Source: an uncultured virus (IMG/VR IMGVR_UViG_3300025570_000010)
Lineage: Duplodnaviria > Heunggongvirae > Uroviricota > Caudoviricetes > Schitoviridae
DNA length: 64,000 bases
IMG/VR virus record: IMGVR_UViG_3300025570_000010
Direction: 5' to 3' (one strand)
Shown: positions 28,488-39,300 of the stretch, one piece after another
Numbering within the stretch: position 1 is the stretch's first letter
Layout of the letters: each line of letters begins with the position of its first letter
Translations under genes and position numbers: made by a program
Notes under the pieces: generated by a model
Told to the model about the DNA's origin: nothing
The model's database searches: none
Seen by the model: the letters and a program-made list of their open reading frames with translations, nothing else

Positions 28488-28819
28488 AATACCAACTCCA
28501 AATCATCGCTTTGATCGGAGGTCTCGCCCTGATGGGCGGGGCTTTCGTTTATGGGTATCACAAAGGTTCTCTTGCCGAATTGACAAAAATCGCTGAAAAG
28601 ACTGCTGAAACCCAAGAAGACTTGTTCGATCTGAATGAGGTGATTCGCAAACAGACTGAGGCTCTTCGTCAAGCTGAACGTGAACGAGAGGAATTGATTG
28701 ATGCACTCGAAGAAGAAGCCTCTGTGGCTGCTGGTTCTGATGGTCCCGGTGTTGTCACTACTGGGGGGATGCAGCGGCTCGAACGTCGGTGGGGTCCGAA
28801 TCCAAGAACTTCCAACTGA
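28484..28819 (+). CDS. i-spanin (Rz-like)
   Basis: N-terminal TM segment then coiled coil. Confidence 0.78.
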   Translation: MKYQLQIIALIGGLALMGGAFVYGYHKGSLAELTKIAEKTAETQEDLFDLNEVIRKQTEALRQAEREREELIDALEEEASVAAGSDGPGVVTTGGMQRLERRWGPNPRTSN

Positions 28820-28994
28820 CGTAACTGAACCTTGCCCACATCCTTTGGAAGTGATCCAAAGAGTTCGAGGTCTTTCCGTTGGTTCAGATGAGATCCGTAT
28901 GGGTCGTCTAGGTGATGCGCTTATAGAGTGTGGCGCTGAGAAACAAATTGCTGTAAACGCAAATCAACAACTCATTGAGATCTTTCGAAACTAG
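28701..28994 (+). CDS. o-spanin (Rz1-like lipoprotein)
   Basis: Signal peptide with LLGG-C lipobox; overlaps i-spanin in another frame. Confidence 0.78.
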   Translation: MHSKKKPLWLLVLMVPVLSLLGGCSGSNVGGVRIQELPTDVTEPCPHPLEVIQRVRGLSVGSDEIRMGRLGDALIECGAEKQIAVNANQQLIEIFRN

Positions 28995-29004
28995 GAGTCG
29001 AATC

Positions 29005-31335
29005 GTGAAAAATGAAAACGACATGATCGAGAACGATGTCCAGTCCCCGAAGACTGACAACGACTCCACGTCCGAGATTTACAACCCTGCGGACCTGAGC
29101 AAACCTCAATCTGAGAAGCTGACCAAGTGGGCGCAAGAGCCTTCGATTGCTGATTTGAAAGGCGATCTGGAATATGCTCGTCAAGAGAACACCGACCAAA
29201 AGGCCAACGTCGAAGGATGGATGGCTCTTCGAAATGCAACCGGTGCTGAGTCTGGAAAAAAGACCAAGACTCCAGGTCGTTCTTCTGTTCAGCCAAAGCT
29301 GATCCGGAAGCACAATGAGTGGCGTTATCCTGCGTTGAGTGAACCGTTCCTGAACACGGAACGTATGTTTAATATCAACCCCCGCACATTTGAAGATAAA
29401 GCTGCTGCTGACCAAAACCAGTTGATTATTAATTGGCAGTTCGACACCAAGCTAAATAAGGTTGATTTCATTGACCGATATGTCCGTAAGACTGTGGATG
29501 AGGGGACATGTGTGGTTCGTGTTGGCTGGGAACGGAAGACCGAGAAGGTCAAAGTCCTGAAGCCTGTTTATGAATACACCATGATGGAAGTGGGTGATGA
29601 AGAGGGTATGCAGATGCTGGCTCAGGCAACTGAGATGGCGACATCTGATCCTGAAGCATGGGAAGCAGATCCTTCAATCCCTGATGAACTTCGGGCTGCC
29701 GTTGAGTATGGGCTTGAGGACCAAGAGATGGTTGTCGCCACTCAGATCGACGAAGAGTGGGTTGAAGAGACCAAGATCACATACAACCAACCTTCTTTGA
29801 AGATCGTCGATGTGGCGAACTTTTTCATTGACCCTTCTTGCGAGGGTGAGTGGGAAAATGCCCAATTTATGGTTCATACCTACGAGTCCACAAAGTCCGA
29901 GTTGAAGAAGCGTCGGATTTACAAGAACTTGGAAGAAGTGAACTGGGGTGCAAACCAGATCAAAGCACAAGTGGGTGATCCAGATCACGAGACAACCACA
30001 CCCATTCCCGATGGCCGGATGAACTCGGACAAAGCCAAGGTGCTGGTCTATGAATATTGGGGTCTGTGGGATGTTCACGGTGATGGGGAGATGATCCCGA
30101 TTGTTGCCACCTTCATTGGTGATACAATGATCCAGCTCACAGAGAATCCATTCCCTGACCGGAAGCCTCCGTTCGTTGTTGTTCCGTATATGCCTATCCT
30201 TGGTTCAATCTGGGGCGAAGCTGATGCTTCTCTTCTGCAAGACAACCAGCGGATCCTTGGTGCTGTTACTCGTGGTACGATTGACCTGTTGGGTCGCTCT
30301 GCAAACGCACAGTCAGGCTATGCTAAGGGCTTTCTGGATCCAGTGAACCGGAAGCGTTTCGTGAATGGGGAAGACTTCGAGTACAACCCGAACTCAGATC
30401 CTCGTGTTGCAATTCAGCAACTACAGTATCCTGAGATCCCGAACTCTGCTCTGACAATGATGCAGCTCCAGAACGCTGAAGCTGAGGGTCTGAGCGGGGT
30501 CAAATCATTCTCAGGTGGTATCACTGGTGAAGCCTATGGCCGAGTCGCTCGTGGTATCTCTGGTGCGTTGGATGCGGCTGGCCAACGTGAGATGAGTATC
30601 CTCCGTCGTCTGGCCGAGGGTATGCGTCTGATTGGCCGTAAGATCATGTCGATGAACGCTTATTTCCTGGAAGAGAAAGAGATCATCCGGGTCACGAACA
30701 AAGAGTTCGTCGAAATCAAACGCGAAGATCTGTCTGGGAACTTCGATCTGCTGGTAGACATCTCCACTGCTCAGGTTGACGAACAGAAGTCTCAGGATCT
30801 GGGAATGATGCTTCAGACGATTGGTCCAGATATGGATCCCGGTCTCTCGAAGATCATCCTGGGTCAAATCGCAGATCTGAAGCGTATGCCTGATCTTGCA
30901 GAACAGATCCGTGCTTATGAGCCTCAGCCTGATCCGATGCAGGTTCGTATGCAGGAACTTCAGATCGAGAAGCTGGAAGCAGAGATTGCTCTGGACCGTG
31001 CTCGTGCTCTTGAAGCAGAAGCCCGTGCTGAAGGCAAATCTCTTGATACAGAGCTTGAAGTTACTGGTTCTAAGCATCAGCGTGATGTTGAGAAGATGGG
31101 TGCTCAGGCTCGTGGCAACCGTGATCTAGAAGTCACCAAGGGTCTCCTTAAAGGGGAGACTCCTGCTGGTATGATTGAGGCTGCTGTCGGTTTCAATAAG
31201 TTGGTGGAAGAATCAGATCGTATGCAGGCAAAGCCTGAAGCACCTTTGGGACGACCACCAGTTGAACAGCCAACGTTGCCAATGGCCCCCCTTGGAACTA
31301 TTCCCCAACAACAACCTCTTGCTTTACCTCAGTAA
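29005..31335 (+). CDS. Portal protein (N4 gp59-like)
   Basis: GRSSVQPKLIRKHNEWRYPALSEPFL; GTG start after AGGAG. Confidence 0.92.
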   Translation: MKNENDMIENDVQSPKTDNDSTSEIYNPADLSKPQSEKLTKWAQEPSIADLKGDLEYARQENTDQKANVEGWMALRNATGAESGKKTKTPGRSSVQPKLIRKHNEWRYPALSEPFLNTERMFNINPRTFEDKAAADQNQLIINWQFDTKLNKVDFIDRYVRKTVDEGTCVVRVGWERKTEKVKVLKPVYEYTMMEVGDEEGMQMLAQATEMATSDPEAWEADPSIPDELRAAVEYGLEDQEMVVATQIDEEWVEETKITYNQPSLKIVDVANFFIDPSCEGEWENAQFMVHTYESTKSELKKRRIYKNLEEVNWGANQIKAQVGDPDHETTTPIPDGRMNSDKAKVLVYEYWGLWDVHGDGEMIPIVATFIGDTMIQLTENPFPDRKPPFVVVPYMPILGSIWGEADASLLQDNQRILGAVTRGTIDLLGRSANAQSGYAKGFLDPVNRKRFVNGEDFEYNPNSDPRVAIQQLQYPEIPNSALTMMQLQNAEAEGLSGVKSFSGGITGEAYGRVARGISGALDAAGQREMSILRRLAEGMRLIGRKIMSMNAYFLEEKEIIRVTNKEFVEIKREDLSGNFDLLVDISTAQVDEQKSQDLGMMLQTIGPDMDPGLSKIILGQIADLKRMPDLAEQIRAYEPQPDPMQVRMQELQIEKLEAEIALDRARALEAEARAEGKSLDTELEVTGSKHQRDVEKMGAQARGNRDLEVTKGLLKGETPAGMIEAAVGFNKLVEESDRMQAKPEAPLGRPPVEQPTLPMAPLGTIPQQQPLALPQ

Positions 31336-31386
31336 AGTAAGTTACGAACAATTTACTGTAACATATCAACCACAAAGGATGTGGCA

Positions 31387-31779
31387 ATGAACCTATACGA
31401 CGAAAATGTGCAAGACACCGAGGAAACAGCACACCTCACAATGGAACAGTATCAGGAGTACAAAGCCTCCTGTGAAGAGCTGCTCCGTCAGGCAAAGGCT
31501 GCTGCAAAGCTGTCTGAGAATTCTGAGTTCAAAGAAATCGTTATGGATGCGTATTTTGACCAAGAGCCAAAGCGGCTTGCTGGTTTGATGGCAACTGGCC
31601 GTCTCTCGGACAAGCAGTTCGATGAATGTATTGGTGAGCTTCGTGCCATTGGTTCCCTCCGGACATTCCTTCAGGACTTCATCCAGAAGGGCAACATTGC
31701 TCAGTCGGAACTGGAAAATCTGGAAGCCGCTTGGAATGAAGCAGTTGAAGCAAATGCTTCGATCAAGGGGGGTGAATAA
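31387..31779 (+). CDS. N4 gp58-like protein
   Basis: Synteny; LSENSEFKEIVMDAYF. Confidence 0.7.
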   Translation: MNLYDENVQDTEETAHLTMEQYQEYKASCEELLRQAKAAAKLSENSEFKEIVMDAYFDQEPKRLAGLMATGRLSDKQFDECIGELRAIGSLRTFLQDFIQKGNIAQSELENLEAAWNEAVEANASIKGGE

Positions 31780-31781
31780 TC

Positions 31782-33023
31782 ATGGCTGACGAGAACACCA
31801 CACTCGACATCGACACGATGTCCGATGAAGATTTCATGAAACTCGACCCGTCTCAGATGCAGGAAGTAATTCCTGCTGACGAGCCAGAAGAGGAGACTCC
31901 AGTTGATGAGGACACTGGTTCAGAGGATGATGGTGAAACTGGTGAGACTGATCCGGATGAAGGAGATCCTTCTGGTTCAGAAGCCCCTGCTCCTGATTCC
32001 GATGAAGGTGACAAACCAGCCGATCCTCCTGCTGACCCGGAAGATGAAGGTGCCAATGAAGACCCTGAAAAGGGAAAGACATCTCCAGCTCCGGAAGGAA
32101 AAGATGAAAAACCAGCAGAACCAGCTCCTGCTGCGAAACCAGAATCGAAAGATGACCAGGCAAAATCTGGGGATGTGAAACCTGCAAAGGTTGATCCCAA
32201 GATTGCTCAGGACTTCTTCGAGAAGGTTTCTGCTCCTTTCAAGGCCGATGGTCGTGACATGCAAGTCAAGACTCCGGAAGATGCCATCCGTCTGATGCAG
32301 ATGGGTGTCAACTATTCTCGTCGTATGCAGGAAATGAAACCCCTGCGTGCTCAAGATCAGATGCTGAAATCGAACGGTCTGAATGATCCTGAGAAGCTGA
32401 ACTTCCTGATCGACCTGTCAAAAGGCGACAAGGGGGCAATCAAAAAGCTGCTCCAAGATCACAAGATCGACCCTGTTGATATTGACACCACTGCGGAAGA
32501 TACTCCGTATCAGGCCAAGAATTATCAGGGTGATCCCAAAGATCTGGCCTTTGATGATGCTATCAAAGAGACTCTGGCTGCCGAAGGTGGTCGTGAGTTG
32601 ATTGGTGACATCAACAAGGATTGGGACGAAGTTTCGAAAGAAGCTCTGCGAGATCAACCCACCATCTTCCAGAATATCCTTGCACAAAAACATTCAGGGG
32701 TTTATTCGAAGATTAAAGCTGAATTAGATTACCAGCGGACGATGGGTTATTTGACCCAAGTTCCCTTCCTCCAAGCCTACCATCAGGTGGGTGAGGCGAT
32801 GCAAAAGGCTGGTGTTTTCGACGAACCAAAAGCCCAACCGACTGTTGTCGGCACTGGCACCCGGAAGGCTGCTCCTAAGCCGAAGACTGAGCAACCCACT
32901 CCAAACGTCTCATCGGCAACTCCACCCCGATCCGCTCCAGCAAATGCTGGCGGGCAACACGCAGAACCGGACTATTCGTCTATGAGTGACGAGGATTTCA
33001 AGAAGTTGGCTCCCCCCTCATAA
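31782..33023 (+). CDS. N4 gp57-like protein (probable scaffold)
   Basis: Acidic Pro-rich N-terminus, PFKADG...LMQMGVNY; directly before MCP. Confidence 0.78.
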   Translation: MADENTTLDIDTMSDEDFMKLDPSQMQEVIPADEPEEETPVDEDTGSEDDGETGETDPDEGDPSGSEAPAPDSDEGDKPADPPADPEDEGANEDPEKGKTSPAPEGKDEKPAEPAPAAKPESKDDQAKSGDVKPAKVDPKIAQDFFEKVSAPFKADGRDMQVKTPEDAIRLMQMGVNYSRRMQEMKPLRAQDQMLKSNGLNDPEKLNFLIDLSKGDKGAIKKLLQDHKIDPVDIDTTAEDTPYQAKNYQGDPKDLAFDDAIKETLAAEGGRELIGDINKDWDEVSKEALRDQPTIFQNILAQKHSGVYSKIKAELDYQRTMGYLTQVPFLQAYHQVGEAMQKAGVFDEPKAQPTVVGTGTRKAAPKPKTEQPTPNVSSATPPRSAPANAGGQHAEPDYSSMSDEDFKKLAPPS

Positions 33024-33060
33024 CGAAGAATCCAGTTGAGAAGTTTGAAAAGGAAATAAC

Positions 33061-34251
33061 ATGGCTCAACTTTACAATGCCCCTCCGGGTACGGCTTCGG
33101 ACATTGGTCCGCAGTTCAACACTCACTACTGGGATCGTCGTTCTCTGATCGACGCTGCCGAACAGATGTTCTTCAGCCCTCTGGCTGACGTTCGCTCGAT
33201 GCCGATGCACTACGGCAAAGAGCTGAAAGTCTACTACTACGTGCCTCTGCTCGATGACCGCAACGTCAACGACCAGGGTCTCGATGCTACCGGTGCCGTC
33301 ACTGCCTGGGGTAACATCTACGGTTCGTCCAAGGATGTTGGCCTGATCAGTGCTCGTATGCCGACGCTGACCGAAGAAGGTGGGCGTGTGAACCGCGTTG
33401 GTTTCACCCGTCTCGAACGCTCTGGCACGCTGCAAGAGCACGGCTTCTTCACTGAATTCTCGGACGACATGATGACCTTTGATACGGATTCCGATCTGTA
33501 TGGTCACATGAGCCGGGAAATGGTGGCTGGTGCCAACGAGATCACTGAAGATCTTCTGCAAATCGACCTCCTGTCGAATGCAGGGACTGTGGTCTACACT
33601 GGTGTATCGACTCAAGACAGCGAGATCACTGGTGAAGGTGCCAACCCGTCGGTTGTTACCTACATGGATCTGAAGAAACTGAGCATCGTCCTCGACGATA
33701 ACCGGACTCCGAAGAACACCAAGATCATCAAAGGTTCGACCATGCAGGATACGATGACGATTAATGCGTCGCGTATCATGTACATTGGTTCGGAACTTCA
33801 GATCACTGTCGAGAACATGGTTGATGGTCTGGGCAACCCGGCTTTCGTTCCTGTTCGTAAGTACGCTGCTGCTTCGACGATCATGAACGGTGAAATCGGT
33901 TCCGTGGGTGACTTCCGCGTTATCGTTGTGCCGAACATGATGAACTGGGAAGGTGCTGGTGCTGTTGCTACCGGTGCGAACCTCGGTTACTCGGACGACG
34001 GTGCCAACTACAACATCTTCCCGATGTTGGTTGTTGGTGACGGCTCTTTCGCAACTGTCGGTCTGCAAGGCTCCGGCAAGAAAGGTGCGAAGCAGAAGTT
34101 CAAGATCATCGTCAGGAAGCCCGGTAAGGAAATGGCCACGATTCAGGATCCTTACGGCAAGATCGGTTTCAGCTCGATCACGTTCTACCACGGCTTCATC
34201 GCCCTGCGTCCGGAACGTCTGGCTGTTGTCAAGACCGTTGCGGCTGAGTAA
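33061..34251 (+). CDS. Major capsid protein (N4 gp56-like)
   Basis: MPMHYGKELKVYYYVPLLDDRNVNDQG, PTLTEEGGRVNRVGF, DPYGKIGF. Confidence 0.95.
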   Translation: MAQLYNAPPGTASDIGPQFNTHYWDRRSLIDAAEQMFFSPLADVRSMPMHYGKELKVYYYVPLLDDRNVNDQGLDATGAVTAWGNIYGSSKDVGLISARMPTLTEEGGRVNRVGFTRLERSGTLQEHGFFTEFSDDMMTFDTDSDLYGHMSREMVAGANEITEDLLQIDLLSNAGTVVYTGVSTQDSEITGEGANPSVVTYMDLKKLSIVLDDNRTPKNTKIIKGSTMQDTMTINASRIMYIGSELQITVENMVDGLGNPAFVPVRKYAAASTIMNGEIGSVGDFRVIVVPNMMNWEGAGAVATGANLGYSDDGANYNIFPMLVVGDGSFATVGLQGSGKKGAKQKFKIIVRKPGKEMATIQDPYGKIGFSSITFYHGFIALRPERLAVVKTVAAE

Positions 34252-34259
34252 TCAGCTCT

Positions 34260-34290
34260 AAGGGGAGGGGGCTAACGCCCCCTTTCTTAT
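34260..34290 (+). terminator. Terminator after MCP
   Basis: AGGGGGC-TAAC-GCCCCCT followed by T-rich tail. Confidence 0.7.
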
Positions 34291-34324
34291 CCTTTAACCT
34301 CTATCTAATATGGAAGATCATCCA

Positions 34325-35053
34325 ATGAACATCAGTAAACTCGCACCCGCTGAAGCTCTCGAAGCTGTCACGGCAATGGAAACTGTAGAGCAACTTCGTG
34401 AAGCAGCGACCTCAATTAACGTCACATTCTCCGGCAATACCGGTGAAGGTACGCTCCGGAAGAAGCTCATGGATACCCTGTCTGCCGATCTGAACGAGCT
34501 GGACACTGACGACGACGCTCCTGTCGATCTGACTGAACCAGAAGAAGAGACCATCCCTGATCTGGGCGGCGATAAGTTCGACCCGTCTGAAATCCAATCG
34601 ACTGCTGGCCCTGCGAAGAAGGGTCCGTCGATGAAGGAAATCCTGGAGATGGATCCGAATGAGATCACTGATCCTCTGCTCCTGCGTCAAGTGGTTCGTG
34701 CCAAGGCACTTCGTCTACGTCGTGTGAAGATCACCAATCTTGACCCTGCTGATTCTCAGCTTAATGGTGCCATCATCACTGCTGTGAACAAGTTCACCGG
34801 CAAGGTTGCCAAGTATGTCCCCTTCAACGAAGAAGAACATCCCAACGGCTACCACATCCCTGAGATCATCTTGAACCAGTTGAAGAGCCAGAAGTTCCCT
34901 CTCCGGAAGGAGATTAAAGGCGGCCAATTCGGCGTCAAGAAGTACAAGACCACAATGATCAATAAGTTCTCTATCGTCGAGCTTCCACCGCTTAACGAGA
35001 AAGAATTGGCTGAACTGGCTGCTCATCAGCGTGCATCTCACGCTATTGACTGA
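34325..35053 (+). CDS. N4 gp55-like protein
   Basis: Synteny; LRRVKITNLDP...LPPLNEKELAELA. Confidence 0.72.
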   Translation: MNISKLAPAEALEAVTAMETVEQLREAATSINVTFSGNTGEGTLRKKLMDTLSADLNELDTDDDAPVDLTEPEEETIPDLGGDKFDPSEIQSTAGPAKKGPSMKEILEMDPNEITDPLLLRQVVRAKALRLRRVKITNLDPADSQLNGAIITAVNKFTGKVAKYVPFNEEEHPNGYHIPEIILNQLKSQKFPLRKEIKGGQFGVKKYKTTMINKFSIVELPPLNEKELAELAAHQRASHAID

Positions 35054-35086
35054 TAACTGAAGAAGTACAATTTATTGTAAGGACTT

Positions 35087-36094
35087 ATGGCTATGCCCGT
35101 AGAAGACACATGTAACGCAGACGCACAGGCTAATAGTCTTTACACTTCTTTGGTTGGAGATCTGGATCCGATTGACTCTGTAAGTCTCTCGGATCCAGCT
35201 TTTAATTTTGAGATTGATGAAGACAGTGACCTATATTCTGATCTCTCTTCAGTCTCACTAAAAGATTTGACTGAAGTTGAGATTGATGGGAACGGTGTAT
35301 TCGACCGTTTGATGGCTGCTGTTAACAACCATCTGAATCAACAATTCAAACTAAACCGTATCACAGGGGCAGAGTATTCCCGTGTATACTCAGAATCTTT
35401 GCTTGGAGTTTTGGGTACTGCTTCTCAATTTGTTCTGAATAAAGACAGACAGAAATGGGAAGCAGTCTCAGCTCAGTATGCAGCTCAGGCTCTGGAGCTG
35501 GAAGGCAAGAAGTCTCTTCTCAACTATGAACAGTTGAAGCTTGAGTACAACAAAAATCTTCTTGAGACTAAAGTCGTGGGTACTCAATATGCACTCACCA
35601 AGATGCAGATTGCGAATGCTGATATAGCCTATTGTCTGACTGCTTCGCAGAAAAAGATGGTCGATGAGCAGTTCGAGAAAGAACGTAGCCAAACCTTGGA
35701 TACACGTTCTGATGGATCCTACGTGCAAGGTGTTGTTGGCAGCCAGAAAGCTAATCTCGATAAAGATGTTGAGACCAAAGCGTATAGCCTGAACAACCTC
35801 TTCCCCGCTCAATTGAGTGTTCTCAATGAGCAAGTTGAGAGTGAACGTTCAAAGACACTAGTTACTCGTCGAGATGGTACTCCTATTACTGGTTCTGTTG
35901 GTAAACAGATTGATCTGTATAATCAGCAGATTGATAGTTTCATTAAAGATGCAAAACAGAAAACTGCGAAAATGTATCTTGATGGTTGGATTACTTCAAA
36001 GACTTTGGACGAAAATCTTGCTTCTCCGAATGAGCTTGATGTCCCTTCAGTAAGTGAAGTGCTACTGTCTTTGAGAACAGAGAATAATCTTTAA
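35087..36094 (+). CDS. Virion structural protein, N4 gp54-like
   Basis: Synteny; DGNGVFDRLM...RITGAEY. Confidence 0.72.
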   Translation: MAMPVEDTCNADAQANSLYTSLVGDLDPIDSVSLSDPAFNFEIDEDSDLYSDLSSVSLKDLTEVEIDGNGVFDRLMAAVNNHLNQQFKLNRITGAEYSRVYSESLLGVLGTASQFVLNKDRQKWEAVSAQYAAQALELEGKKSLLNYEQLKLEYNKNLLETKVVGTQYALTKMQIANADIAYCLTASQKKMVDEQFEKERSQTLDTRSDGSYVQGVVGSQKANLDKDVETKAYSLNNLFPAQLSVLNEQVESERSKTLVTRRDGTPITGSVGKQIDLYNQQIDSFIKDAKQKTAKMYLDGWITSKTLDENLASPNELDVPSVSEVLLSLRTENNL

Positions 36095-36106
36095 AGGTGT
36101 CATCAG

Positions 36107-38842
36107 ATGGGTTTGTTTTCAGGGAGTAACGTGATCAACGTTTCTTCTTCAGTCTATAATCTGGCTGGAGAAGAACTTGATCGACCGAATTTCTTGAAAA
36201 CAACTTTGTTTTCAGCAGTCATGAGTCCATACGATCTGTACTTGGGCGAGAAAATTATAGACAATTACTTGAAGGGTCCGGGGATCCTGCAACGATCTTT
36301 TTTCAATTGGGCTGTAAGAAATGAACTATCAGGTATCCCAACCTACTCTCAAAATATAATTGAAAATATATCACAGAGTATTGTAGAGCCATACATTCCT
36401 ATTCCAGCCTCTCCTGCTGGGTTGGTTAACATTGTAATTTCTGCGGAAATTACATTTGGTGATTATTCTTTTTGGGCAGAACGTTGGTTGTTCGATAATG
36501 CCCCAGAAGAAGTCGCACTAAACTGGTTCGCAGACTACGATCAAACTAATCACCAAATTACCATTCAATATGAGAGTGGGGCTACAGTTGTTATCCCTGC
36601 TGATTCTTATGACAAGAATGAGAAGTTTGTTGTTGCTCGATACTACCAAGTAGTGCCGACAAGTGTGGAACCTATACAGGTTGGTACAAAAATCTTAAAC
36701 ATCACACCAGAGCCTTCGAATTCTGGTTTTGTGTTCAGTGCCACAGCAAACATTAATACTGTTGGCCATTCTCTGGATCAAACTGTTCGAGTGACCAAGG
36801 AGTATTCTGATGGAAGTCCGACCACGACTACAAATACTCCAGAGACGAATGTGGAAAGCTTTACCACTATTCGAGACACCTACACCAAAACAGAGTACGT
36901 CGGTAATACCGGTGGGACTCCAAACAACAATTCGAGCATAGAGACTACTCTTCTGATTTGGGAAAGAAGGAGGATCTATACTGATCCCACTTTCACTGTT
37001 GAAAGTGTTGTTGTTAATGATCTCGGAGGGGGAGATACTGAGACTGTAACTACTTCACGGTCTGGTGAGTATCTTGAACCAATCTATGATTACCAAGAAA
37101 AAACCCAAGAAACCATCTTTGACAAGATTGATGGGGATGGTGGTATTTGGATTTATATGATTGGTGGGGGAAACACTGTACTCAATGCTTTGGTGGTAGA
37201 TACTGTTGCTGGGCCATCATACGAGTATTACCCTATTCTCCCCCTCAGAATTAACAATGAGAGCATCAGAGAACCTGGTTTTGAGGATCTGTATGCTGAA
37301 ACCAAAAAAGCCTATAAGAAGGCCACAGGAGGTGGTCTTAAAGGGTATAATATTGATAACATCCTAGACAAGATTGAAGACAATCCTGACATTGGAGACA
37401 TTGACTACTCTTATGTTCAGTGGGGGTGTTCTGTTAACATAATTGATCTTTCGAGCAAACGATACATTTATCTGTGGCTGAAGAGTTTGATGAATATTCA
37501 AAACACCACGTCTGCGGATATTACAGCTTTTGAGGATAGTGTTGTATTATATTCTGATTTTCAGGCTCAGTTGATTACATGGAGTGCTGCACAAAATAAT
37601 AGCTTAGATCCGTTGTTTAATACGCCGAGACCCACGTACCCTTTGTACACTTCCCCTAAGACAACAACTATTCAATTGAAGAGTGATCATCCCCAACTCG
37701 GTGGGTTTGATAACAGATATACGTGGATAAATATTAATGAAACTTTTCACTCTGGTTTGGGAAAAGCCGGGGCTGTGCTAGATGATATTTGGTTTGATAA
37801 TGGTTCAACGATTAACTGGAACATCTCTCAAGAGTTCGGAGAGCGAGAAGGATCTTCTTTTCGGATAATTGATAGAAGTGTCTCAAGTGTAGAGATGTTT
37901 AAACAAACAGGAGTAAATTCTTATTCAAAACTGACCATTTGGGGAATGTCTCACGACAACTTTATTTATCAAGGAAAAGCGGTCACCACTTCATTGTTTG
38001 ACGGTGTGAACGATACAAGTGAATCTGTATTCCTAATCCCATTACACGCTCCAACAGTAAAACTGTTGGGTATCAAAGACTTTACTCAATTGAGTATTTC
38101 AAACACATTTATCACTTTTAATTCTTATGAGGTTGTGAAGAAAAAGTGGTATGAGTCCTTTTTAGGAATGTTGGTCGTTCTTGTTGTAGTAGTAGTGATC
38201 TCAGTACTTATTAACCCTGCACTAATGGCAAACGTGTCTGGTCTGTTGGGGTCTAATATTGCATTAGGAACAACTCTAGGTTTCACAGGTACAGCAGCCA
38301 TTGTAGCAGGTGCTGTTACAAACGCTGTGGCTGCTATGATCCTATCTCAAGTGTTGTCTCAAGTAACTATACAGGTTTTTGGTGAAAAGTGGGGAGCCAT
38401 TCTTGGTGCTCTGATTGGCTTTGCTTTGAGCTTCGGGATCTCTAACGGATTTTCAAACTTTAACCTCAGTACTTTGATGAACCCTCGTACTATTCTTAGT
38501 TTTAGCTCTGCGATTGCTAACGGGTACTCTGGCTTTACTCAAGCAGAGACTGCCGAAATCAATGAAGAGATGATGGGGAACCAAGAAAGTTATGATAAAT
38601 CTGTTCAAGATTTGAACACTTTGTTACGGTCTTTGGGTCTTGCAGATGACTTGCTTTTTGATCCACTGGGACTTACAGAGAGTGCAAGAGGCAATGAGTA
38701 TGGTGCAAAATCTAGTTATGTACCTGAATCCCTTGATCAGTTTATATCAAGAACCATGATCACTGGTTCGGACATTGTTGATATTACTCTCTCATTGATT
38801 ACAGACTACACTGAACTACAGCTTACATTGCCTAAAGGTTAG
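36107..38842 (+). CDS. N4 gp53-like virion protein with C-terminal hydrophobic helices
   Basis: MGLFSG...VSSSVYNLAG; KKKWY followed by TM segments. Confidence 0.75.
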   Translation: MGLFSGSNVINVSSSVYNLAGEELDRPNFLKTTLFSAVMSPYDLYLGEKIIDNYLKGPGILQRSFFNWAVRNELSGIPTYSQNIIENISQSIVEPYIPIPASPAGLVNIVISAEITFGDYSFWAERWLFDNAPEEVALNWFADYDQTNHQITIQYESGATVVIPADSYDKNEKFVVARYYQVVPTSVEPIQVGTKILNITPEPSNSGFVFSATANINTVGHSLDQTVRVTKEYSDGSPTTTTNTPETNVESFTTIRDTYTKTEYVGNTGGTPNNNSSIETTLLIWERRRIYTDPTFTVESVVVNDLGGGDTETVTTSRSGEYLEPIYDYQEKTQETIFDKIDGDGGIWIYMIGGGNTVLNALVVDTVAGPSYEYYPILPLRINNESIREPGFEDLYAETKKAYKKATGGGLKGYNIDNILDKIEDNPDIGDIDYSYVQWGCSVNIIDLSSKRYIYLWLKSLMNIQNTTSADITAFEDSVVLYSDFQAQLITWSAAQNNSLDPLFNTPRPTYPLYTSPKTTTIQLKSDHPQLGGFDNRYTWININETFHSGLGKAGAVLDDIWFDNGSTINWNISQEFGEREGSSFRIIDRSVSSVEMFKQTGVNSYSKLTIWGMSHDNFIYQGKAVTTSLFDGVNDTSESVFLIPLHAPTVKLLGIKDFTQLSISNTFITFNSYEVVKKKWYESFLGMLVVLVVVVVISVLINPALMANVSGLLGSNIALGTTLGFTGTAAIVAGAVTNAVAAMILSQVLSQVTIQVFGEKWGAILGALIGFALSFGISNGFSNFNLSTLMNPRTILSFSSAIANGYSGFTQAETAEINEEMMGNQESYDKSVQDLNTLLRSLGLADDLLFDPLGLTESARGNEYGAKSSYVPESLDQFISRTMITGSDIVDITLSLITDYTELQLTLPKG

Positions 38843-38853
38843 GAGAAACAAAT

Positions 38854-39288
38854 ATGGGACTATATGCTAATCCGGTTGAAAACCCGCTTATGCCTTCAAT
38901 GCCGGGGTTGGACACTACTGCAACAAATGCTGCCGTTGCCGGTAATACCAATAACATGGGGACTGGTTCTTGGACCTCTTCTCAAAATGGTACAATCTTC
39001 AACAGTCAAACTGGTGCTGTACAGAAGCCCGGATTCTTCGGTCAAGGGGGTATGGCTCAAATTGGTTTGGGTGCCATCTCTACTCTTGGTTCACTCTGGA
39101 ACAGTTTCCAGCAGAACAAGATCGCCAAAAAGTCTTTGGCTCTTCAAGAACGGACTTTTGAAACCAATCTTGCAAACCAGACAAAGACGTACAATACGGA
39201 ACTCGAAGACCGGATCCGTACTCGGTATGATACCGAACGTCGTGACCCTTCCGAAGCACAATCATACATCGAAAAGAACAAGCTGTAA
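38854..39288 (+). CDS. Ejection protein, N4 gp52-like
   Basis: 144 aa; NLANQTKTYNTELEDRIR; synteny. Confidence 0.75.
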   Translation: MGLYANPVENPLMPSMPGLDTTATNAAVAGNTNNMGTGSWTSSQNGTIFNSQTGAVQKPGFFGQGGMAQIGLGAISTLGSLWNSFQQNKIAKKSLALQERTFETNLANQTKTYNTELEDRIRTRYDTERRDPSEAQSYIEKNKL

Positions 39289-39300
39289 GGGATACATATC

